Below are positions 18,490 to 24,000 of a DNA stretch of 24,000 nucleotides, piece by piece. A model generated the notes under the pieces. That model made no database searches, was not told where the DNA came from, and was given only the letters and a program-made list of their open reading frames with translations. The DNA comes from an uncultured delta proteobacterium (lineage in GTDB: Bacteria > Myxococcota > Myxococcia > Myxococcales > Anaeromyxobacteraceae). Position 1 is the stretch's first letter. Every line of letters starts with the position of its first letter. The translations under genes were made by a program, and so were the position numbers. Location of the stretch: contig CAVTRF010000021.1 of the NCBI GenBank assembly GCA_963736795.1, positions 149,364 through 173,363 of the forward strand. Reading direction: 5' to 3'.

Positions 18490-20148
18490 GTGCGTCGTGC
18501 GCTCGCCCTCGCCGCAGCCTGCCTCTCCGTCACCGCGGCGGCCGCGCCCCGCGCCGGCGGCGCTCCGGAGGTCGGCGTCGCGAGCTCGCTCGAGAAGCTC
18601 AGGCCCAACGGGCCCGGTCCCTCGCGCCCGCAGCATCGACCTCGTCGCCGCGCGCGGCGAGTGCGAGGCGGCGCAGATCGCGGTCAGGGCTCCGGGCGGC
18701 CTCGCGGCGCTCTCCGCCGAAGCGGGCCCGCTCCGCGGCGGGCGCGGGGCAGCGCTCCCGCTCGCGCTCTACCGCGTGGCGACGCTCTCGCTGTCGAGCC
18801 CCTCGGGCCCCGACGGGGAGGCGGGCGAGTGGCCCGACCCGCTCGTCCCCGTCCGCGACGCCTACGTCGGCGAGGCGCGGCGCGCCTTCCCGATCGCCGT
18901 CGCCGCCGGGCAGGCTGCAGGGGATCTGGGTCGAGGTGTGCGTCCCGGAGGACGCGGCGCCGGGTGAGCACGCCGGCGCCGTCCGGCTCATGGACGCCAC
19001 CCGCCGCATCGCCGAGGTGCCGGTGCGGCTTCGGGTGTGGCCGTTCGCGCTCCCGCGCACCGGCTCGTTCGTCGCGGCGTTCGGCCTGCCCACGCGGGTC
19101 GGGACGCGCGCGCTCGGGCGTCCCGACGATCCCGCGATCGCCCGGGACCTCGCGGCCGCGGCCCTCCGACACCGGCTCACTCCCTACATCCTCTCCGCCG
19201 ACGCCGCCCGACGGCGACTGCACCGCGAAGCGTTGCGCGCTCGACTGGACGCGCTACGACGCGGAGGTCGGACCGGTCCTCGATGGCACGCTCGTCCCCG
19301 GGGTGCGCGGCGGGTTCGCCGAGGTGCGGATCCCGGCGCGGGTCTGGGACGGACCCGAGCTCGACCTCGCGGCGACGCTCCGCGCGTGGCGGCGGCACTT
19401 CGAGGAGCGCGGCTGGGCGGACCGGCTGTGGCTCTACACGCTCGACGAGCCGGGCCCGGCGCAGCTCCCGGAGCTCCGCCGCCGCGCCCGGCTCGCGCGC
19501 GCCGCGTCGATCCGCGTCTTCGCGACCGTGGTGCCGCTCCCGGAGCTCGCCGGGGCGGTCGACGACTTTGCCCCGAACCTCGCCCTCGTCGTGGACGGCG
19601 GGGCACGCCCCGGGCAGGTGACGTGGTCCTACGCGTCGTGCCTCTCGCACGGCTGCGACGAGCTCCCCGGCGAGGGACCGCGGCGCCGCGCGATGCTGCG
19701 CGAGTTCGCCGGGTGGCCCGGGTACGAGATCGACCGGCCTGGCACGGCGGCCCGCGCGGTCCCGCTGCTCGGGGTGCGCCGCGGACTGAAGGGCGAGCTC
19801 TACTACGATATGCTCCAGGCGTGGACGGGCGATCCCTGGAGCGATGTGCGGGCGTTCGCGGGCAACGGCGACGGGACGCTCCTCTACCCGGGACGCCCGG
19901 ACGCGCTCGGGGGGACGCGGCCGTTCCCGGTCGAGTCGATCCGGCTCAAGACCGTGCGGGACGCGCTCGAGGACGCGGAGCTCGTCGCGCTGGCGCGGGC
20001 CGCGGGCGAGGGGCGGCTCGCGGACCGGCTGCTCGCGCGGCTCGTGCCGTCGGCGCGCGGCTGGGAGCGGCGGCCCGAGCCGTGGCTGCGCGCGCGGCTC
20101 GAGCTCGGCGACGCGCTCGCGCGGCGCGCCCCGCGGGTGGCGCGGTGA
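18490..20148 (+). CDS. Secreted DUF4091 / glycoside hydrolase 123-like protein; three apparent +1 frameshifts
   Basis: LWLYTLDEPGPAQLPELRRRARLAR...GELYYDMLQAWTGDPWSDVRAFAGNGDGTLLYPGRPDALGGTRPFPVESIRLKTVRDALEDAELVALAR resembles the DUF4091/GH123 catalytic region. Homology moves frame 1 to 2 to 3 to 1 near 18620, 18905 and 19200. Confidence 0.8.
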   Translation: MRRALALAAACLSVTAAAAPRAGGAPEVGVASSLEKLRPNGPGPSRPQHRPRRRARRVRGGADRGQGSGRPRGALRRSGPAPRRARGSAPARALPRGDALAVEPLGPRRGGGRVARPARPRPRRLRRRGAARLPDRRRRRAGCRGSGSRCASRRTRRRVSTPAPSGSWTPPAASPRCRCGFGCGRSRSRAPARSSRRSACPRGSGRARSGVPTIPRSPGTSRPRPSDTGSLPTSSPPTPPDGDCTAKRCALDWTRYDAEVGPVLDGTLVPGVRGGFAEVRIPARVWDGPELDLAATLRAWRRHFEERGWADRLWLYTLDEPGPAQLPELRRRARLARAASIRVFATVVPLPELAGAVDDFAPNLALVVDGGARPGQVTWSYASCLSHGCDELPGEGPRRRAMLREFAGWPGYEIDRPGTAARAVPLLGVRRGLKGELYYDMLQAWTGDPWSDVRAFAGNGDGTLLYPGRPDALGGTRPFPVESIRLKTVRDALEDAELVALARAAGEGRLADRLLARLVPSARGWERRPEPWLRARLELGDALARRAPRVAR

Positions 20149-20927
20149 GCGGGAGCGCCGCCGTGATCTCCGCCGCCCTCCTCGCGCTCGCCCTCGGCGC
20201 CTCGCCGGCGTGCGGCCTGCCGCCGCTCGCCGCGGGCGAGCGCCCCTGGCGCGTGGGCGAGGCGCTCACCTACGACCTCGACCTCCTGGGGATGGTGAAG
20301 GGAGGCACGCTCCAGCTCTCGGTCGAGCGCCCGATGTCCGGCGGCAAGGTGATCCCGCTCCGCGCCCGCGCCCGGACGACGCCGTCGATCGCCAGCGTGA
20401 AGCCGTTCGCGGGGGTGGCGCTCTCGTGGATCGACGCGGGGACGCTCCTGCCGGAGCGCTACCGGGACGAGGCCGAGGAGGGGGGCGTCCGCAAGATGTC
20501 GGACACGAAGATCGCGCCCCCGCGCCCCGAGCTCGTCGTCGAGTACCGGTACGGCGAGACCGCCGGGAAGACCGCCTACCCGCGCGCAGGCGACGTCCTC
20601 GACGCGCTCTCCACGATCTATTACCTGCGATCGGCGCGGCTCGCGCCGGGCGACCGGCTGTGCTTCGACCTCGTCGCAAACCGGCGGTTCTGGCGGCTCG
20701 AGGCGACCGTCGCGCAGCGAACGGAGAAGGTCGAGACCCCCGCAGGCCGCTTCGAGACGCTCCGCGTGGACGCGACCACCCGGCGGGTGGACCGCCCCGA
20801 GGACAAGCCCCGGCCGATCCACCTGTGGTTCGGAACGGACGCGCGCCGGCTCCCGGTCGCGATCGTGTCGGAGATCGACCTCGGCCCGGTGAGCGCCACG
20901 CTCTCCTCGGTGCGCGGCGCGCGCTGA
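20145..20927 (+). CDS. Secreted DUF3108-like protein, copy 2
   Basis: GTG start overlapping the upstream stop (GTGA). GEALTYDLDLLGMVKGGTLQLSVERP...DVLDALSTIYYLRSARLAPGDRLCFDLVANRRFWRLEATVAQRTEKVETPAGRFETLRVDATTRR...HLWFGTDARRLPVAIVSEIDLGPVSATL. Confidence 0.87.
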   Translation: MSGSAAVISAALLALALGASPACGLPPLAAGERPWRVGEALTYDLDLLGMVKGGTLQLSVERPMSGGKVIPLRARARTTPSIASVKPFAGVALSWIDAGTLLPERYRDEAEEGGVRKMSDTKIAPPRPELVVEYRYGETAGKTAYPRAGDVLDALSTIYYLRSARLAPGDRLCFDLVANRRFWRLEATVAQRTEKVETPAGRFETLRVDATTRRVDRPEDKPRPIHLWFGTDARRLPVAIVSEIDLGPVSATLSSVRGAR

Positions 20928-20946
20928 GCGAGCGCGCCGCGGCCGG

Positions 20947-21291
20947 CTACATCCGGGCGGCGACCTGGGCGAGGCGGCGGCGCACCGAGACGATCGCGTG
21001 CGACAGCTCGTCGATGCGCTCGCCGGGCTTGCCCCCGAGCGCGACCGACAGGATCTGCTGCTGCGAGGGCGCGCCGTCGCCGAGCGCCCGCTCGACGTTC
21101 GAGATCCAGGCGGCGACGCCGGCGAGGGCGGCCCGCGCCTCGCGCAGGTCGTCCTCGAGGAAGTCGAGCACCACGTGGTCGCGCGCGGAGCCGCTCGCGA
21201 GGCGCCGGCGGAGCGCCTCGACGCCCCCCTCGTCCGGAGCGATCGACTCGGGGGGAGCGACGGCGACGGCGACGGCGGACTTGCGGTTCAT
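20947..21291 (-). CDS. Hypothetical helical protein, 114 aa, translationally coupled to the upstream gene
   Basis: ATG 21291 overlaps the stop of the upstream ORF (ATGA). Amphipathic: ARDHVVLDFLEDDLREARAALAGVAAWISNVERAL...ERIDELSHAIVSVRRRLAQVAARM. Confidence 0.65.
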   Translation of the reverse strand: MNRKSAVAVAVAPPESIAPDEGGVEALRRRLASGSARDHVVLDFLEDDLREARAALAGVAAWISNVERALGDGAPSQQQILSVALGGKPGERIDELSHAIVSVRRRLAQVAARM

Positions 21292-22148
21292 GGGCTCTCT
21301 CCCGCGTGGGTGGCGCGCGCGGCGCGCCGGCGCACGGTCTCGACGGCGGCTGCGATCCGCTCCGGCGACTGCCCTTCGGCGAGCAGCTCGCGGACCTCGC
21401 GGAGCGCCGCCGCGGCGCCCTCCGCGTCGGTCCGGCCTCGGGCGGACGCGAGAGCGCGCGCGAGCGTCGCGTCGGTCGCCGTGGCGCGGGGGCCGGGCGC
21501 GGCCTGCCGCGCGACGGGAGCGGGACCGGGGCGCGCGTCGAGCGGGATGGCGGGCGCCGCTTCGGGCGCGCCCCCGCGGACGACGCGCAGGTCCGCGGCG
21601 CGGCCGACGAGGACGTCGTCGCCGAGCGGCTCGCCGGCGGCTTCGCGCGGCAGGTAGACGCGCCAGAGCGTGCCGCGGTTGTCGCGCTGCAACGGCCGCG
21701 CGTAGCGCTTGTCGACGAGGGCGGCGAGGACGCGGAGGAGGCGCCGCTCGGAGAGGCGCAGCCGGTCCATCAGCTCGCGCTTCGCGAGACGGCACCAGTT
21801 GCGCCCCTCGCCGACCGACAGCCGCAGCAGGTGCAGGTACGCGGCCTGCTCCTCGGCCTCGAGGTCCTCGCAGGCGCGGTCGAACGCGTCGAGCGGGATG
21901 GCGGCGAACCCGGCGCGCACGCGGACCGCGCCGACGAGCTCCCCCGCGAACGGGACCCGGCGCATCTCCCCCGGCTCGAGCGCCTCGGGGGACGGAGAGG
22001 GCGCAGCGCCGTGCAGCGGCCGCGTCGCGAGCGCCGCGCTCCCACGGACTCCCCGGTAGTACGGGACCTTCGACACGCCGCCGCCTCCACCCATGAACCC
22101 ACGGTGGAGCGTAGTCGCCCGATATCGCTCGTCCAGTTTTCGGCCCAC
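21288..22148 (-). CDS. Hypothetical protein with a possible winged-helix/HTH DNA-binding segment, 286 aa
   Basis: LEAEEQAAYLHLLRLSVGEGRNWCRLAKRELMDRLRLSERRLLRVLAALVDKRYARPLQRDNRGTLWRVYLP looks like a winged helix. GTG start 22148 preceded by GGGAGGGG ribosome binding site. Confidence 0.65.
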   Translation of the reverse strand: MGRKLDERYRATTLHRGFMGGGGGVSKVPYYRGVRGSAALATRPLHGAAPSPSPEALEPGEMRRVPFAGELVGAVRVRAGFAAIPLDAFDRACEDLEAEEQAAYLHLLRLSVGEGRNWCRLAKRELMDRLRLSERRLLRVLAALVDKRYARPLQRDNRGTLWRVYLPREAAGEPLGDDVLVGRAADLRVVRGGAPEAAPAIPLDARPGPAPVARQAAPGPRATATDATLARALASARGRTDAEGAAAALREVRELLAEGQSPERIAAAVETVRRRAARATHAGESP

Positions 22149-22184
22149 CGCTCACCCCTCCCGACAGGCCGGACGACGGCCGCG

Positions 22185-22235
22185 ACGTGGACGTGGACGT
22201 GGATCGTGGACCTCGACCTCGACCTCGACCTCGAC
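22185..22235. repeat. Compound hexanucleotide array: GACGTG x3 followed by GACCTC x4
   Basis: GACGTGGACGTGGACGTGGATCGTGGACCTCGACCTCGACCTCGACCTCGAC. Confidence 0.92.
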
Positions 22236-22260
22236 GAGGCGAGGCGGCGAGGCGATCCAC
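22199..22260. other. Foldback hairpin containing the GACCTC array, closed by an 8-bp perfect stem
   Basis: GTGGATCG 22199-22206 pairs with CGATCCAC 22253-22260. Inside, CCTC units can pair with GAGG at 22236-22239, 22241-22244 and 22249-22252. Confidence 0.5.
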
Positions 22261-22669
22261 GCCTCACGAACGTCTCCCCGGGCGCTGGCCGGGGACGGGA
22301 TCCTCGCCCCTCGGCTCGGCCAAGCCGCGACCGGGCGGCGTACTGACGGAAGGGCGCCGAAGCGCAGGCCGCCGGGGCACGTCCGCCCGCGCCGCCTCGC
22401 GCGTCGGGGTGACCGCAGGCGGTGGGGTGCAGTCGGCCCGGGGAATCGTGGCGCGCTCTGCGTCACGGTCCGTGCACCCCGGCTCCGTACTCGAGCTGGG
22501 TCCGTCCGCAGCGGCCGAGGCCTCGCTGTCGGGGCGAGGACCGCTCCCCGGCGAGCGCGCCCGAGCCCGGTCCAGCGCGTTCACCGGTGCCGATGAACGG
22601 ACGTGAACGGCCGAGCCGGCGCAGTTCACGAGGCGCAGGAGGCCGTCGCCGAGACGGGCGCGCGACGAA

Positions 22670-22712
22670 CGAGCAGCGCAGGCGTACTTTTTCGTACGCC
22701 GAGCAGCGCAGG
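22670..22712. repeat. Hairpin GGCGTAC-TTTTTC-GTACGCC bracketed by 13-bp direct repeats CGAGCAGCGCAGG
   Basis: Direct repeats at 22670-22682 and 22700-22712; stem arms at 22681-22687 and 22694-22700. Confidence 0.9.
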
Positions 22713-22793
22713 ACACGGCCAAGCGAGCGCCGCTCCAGATACGCCGAGGGCGAGGCGGATCGCTCGCGCCGCTACGAATCGGAGCTGCGCCAG

Positions 22794-23312
22794 CTAGATC
22801 AGGCCGCGGGAGCGGCGAAGCAGCTCGACCATCTTCTGGTACTCGACGTCCCAGGCGCTCGTCCCCTCCTGCAGGTGCTTCAGGCGGGCGCGCGCCTCGC
22901 GATCGATCTCGTCGTCGACGTCGAGGTGCTTCTTGAAGATCTGGAAGACCTTCTTCCGGAGGCCGTGATCCTCGGAGTAGACCTCCTCGACGTTCCGGGA
23001 GATGAGGAGGAACTCGATCATCTGGCCGATGACGTACTCGATCCCCTCGTCACCCATCTTGAAGCCGCGGACGTCCGCCATCTCGCGCTTCACCTGGTTG
23101 AACTTGGAGTGATCGTAGCCGCGGCGCTCGAGCGCCTCGCGCGTGGCGGCGTTCACCCGCTCCTCGGCGGCGAGGTACTCCTTCATGATCGCCGCCATGT
23201 CCATCTCGGCGTCTGCGATCCGGAGGGTCTCGACCTCGATGTCGCCGTCCTGCATGAGGGTCTGGACGACCTCTCGGGCGATCGTCGGGATGACCTTCGG
23301 GTAGAGCCGCAT
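22794..23312 (-). CDS. DUF507-like protein
   Basis: 172 aa: MRLYPKVIPTIAREVVQTLMQDGDIEVETLRIADAEMDMAAIMKEYLAAEERVNAATREALERRGYDHSKFNQVKREMADVRGF...HLDVDDEIDREARARLKHLQEGTSAWDVEYQKMVE. ORF start at 23561 is too early. Confidence 0.8.
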   Translation of the reverse strand: MRLYPKVIPTIAREVVQTLMQDGDIEVETLRIADAEMDMAAIMKEYLAAEERVNAATREALERRGYDHSKFNQVKREMADVRGFKMGDEGIEYVIGQMIEFLLISRNVEEVYSEDHGLRKKVFQIFKKHLDVDDEIDREARARLKHLQEGTSAWDVEYQKMVELLRRSRGLI

Positions 23313-23392
23313 GAGTTCCTCGGTCGACAGCCGCGGCCCGCGCCAAGGCCATGGGTCAGCCGTGCGAAGACCGCGTAGAAAAAGGGTAAAGC

Positions 23393-23422
23393 CGTATAAA
23401 CCCCGGCCACTCCGGGTGGCAA
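23393..23422 (-). promoter_or_regulatory. Candidate promoter for the DUF507-like gene: TTGCCA-N18-TATACG on the minus strand
   Basis: -35 TTGCCA (5/6), -10 TATACG (4/6), in an unusually AT-rich island upstream of ATG 23312. Confidence 0.4.
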
Positions 23423-23543
23423 GGAAAAACGTCTTCCTGCGGCATGTTCCATGCGTCCTCGCCGCGACGCACGAACCATCGTGGGCTCGCACCCTCCCGG
23501 GTCCCGCGACCGCCGCGTTCGGCGACGGACCGCGGCCCGGAGC

Positions 23544-23578
23544 GCGAGGGGGCGCGCGCACGCGGCGCGGCCCCTCGC
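23544..23578 (-). terminator. GC-rich hairpin downstream of the aldolase gene; possible terminator
   Basis: GCGAGGGG...CCCCTCGC 8-bp outer stem with further GC pairing inside; lies just 3' of the aldolase stop at 23601. Confidence 0.45.
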
Positions 23579-23600
23579 AAGCCCGACACGAACGCGGCGA

Positions 23601-24000
23601 TCAGTTCGAGTAGATCTTCATGACGTCGGAGAGGAGCTTCAGCGCCTCGGCCTTCGGGCGCTGGAACGCGTTGCGACCCATGATGGAGCCGAACGCGCCG
23701 CCCTCCTTCAGGCCGCGGATCTCCTCGAGCACGGCGTCGGTCCCCTTCGCCTCGCCGCCGGAGAAGATCACGATCCGCTTCCCGCCGAACGCCGACTGCA
23801 CGACGTGGCGAACCCGGTCGGCGAGCGTCTTCGTCGGGATCTTCTGCTCCTCGTAGACCTTCTTCGCGTCGGGGTGCTCGACGAGGTCCTTCGGAGGCTT
23901 CACCTTCACGATGTGCGCGCCGAGCTGGCAGGCGATCTGCGCGGCGTAGGCGGCGATGTCCACCGCCGTCTCGCCCTCCTTCGAGACGCCGGTGCCGCGC
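23601..24000 (-). CDS. fbaB: Class I fructose-bisphosphate aldolase (DhnA/FbaB type), C-terminal part, truncated by the window end
   Basis: RGTGVSKEGETAVDIAAYAAQIACQLGAHIVKVKPP...RIVIFSGGEAKGTDAVLEEIRGLKEGGAFGSIMGRNAFQRPKAEALKLL; reading frame stays open to position 24000. Confidence 0.88.
   Translation of the reverse strand, partial: RGTGVSKEGETAVDIAAYAAQIACQLGAHIVKVKPPKDLVEHPDAKKVYEEQKIPTKTLADRVRHVVQSAFGGKRIVIFSGGEAKGTDAVLEEIRGLKEGGAFGSIMGRNAFQRPKAEALKLLSDVMKIYSN

Noticed and set aside
18102-20927. Single 941-aa plus-strand ORF
   Set aside because: Only its final part (20145-20927, DUF3108-like) and a short piece near 18907-19200 are protein-like. The rest is Arg/Ala/Pro-rich sequence from out-of-frame reading of GC-rich DNA over other genes.
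22185-22235. Hexamer array as plasmid-type iterons for the possible winged-helix protein
   Set aside because: Units are 6 bp, much shorter than usual iterons, and no origin features such as DnaA boxes or an AT-rich region were seen. Kept only as a speculative link.
22264-22722. 152-aa minus-strand ORF in the large intergenic region
   Set aside because: Ser/Arg/Ala/Pro-rich, no recognizable motif or clear ribosome binding site. Listed as non-coding, though blastp would settle it.
22422-23378. 318-aa plus-strand ORF across the intergenic region and DUF507 gene
   Set aside because: Its C-terminal half is antisense to the DUF507-like gene and the N-terminal half has no protein-like motif.

Overview
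High-GC (roughly 70% or more), gene-dense bacterial chromosomal window. Gene content suggests a Myxococcota/Deltaproteobacteria-type genome; that placement is inference. Most of it is core chromosome: the 3' end of a truD-like gene, a membrane hybrid histidine kinase/response regulator, an alpha-oxoamine-synthase-family PLP enzyme, a DUF4265-like gene, a hemD-hemC-hemA-ccsA/hemX-like block, trxA, an mreC-mreD-mrdA-rodA cell-shape operon, a PpiD/SurA-type peptidyl-prolyl isomerase, a single-ORF Maf-YggS fusion, a small zinc-ribbon protein, two DUF3108-like genes flanking a DUF4091/GH123-like gene, a two-gene unit with a possible winged-helix protein, a DUF507-like gene and the 3' end of a class I fructose-bisphosphate aldolase gene. 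I see no CRISPR array, transposon, tRNA or rRNA gene. I see no clear new multi-gene system. The most unusual signals are: (1) two intergenic hexanucleotide arrays that fold back on themselves; the one at 3939-4027 forms a stem with A.A mismatches spaced exactly 6 nt apart; (2) the 645-bp region 22149-22793 with no convincing ORF, an array, a hairpin bracketed by direct repeats, and the possible winged-helix gene next to it; (3) seven apparent frameshifts in three genes, all in the same direction and all explained by one extra base, which most likely reflects sequence error or decay but should be checked; (4) the Maf-YggS fusion.
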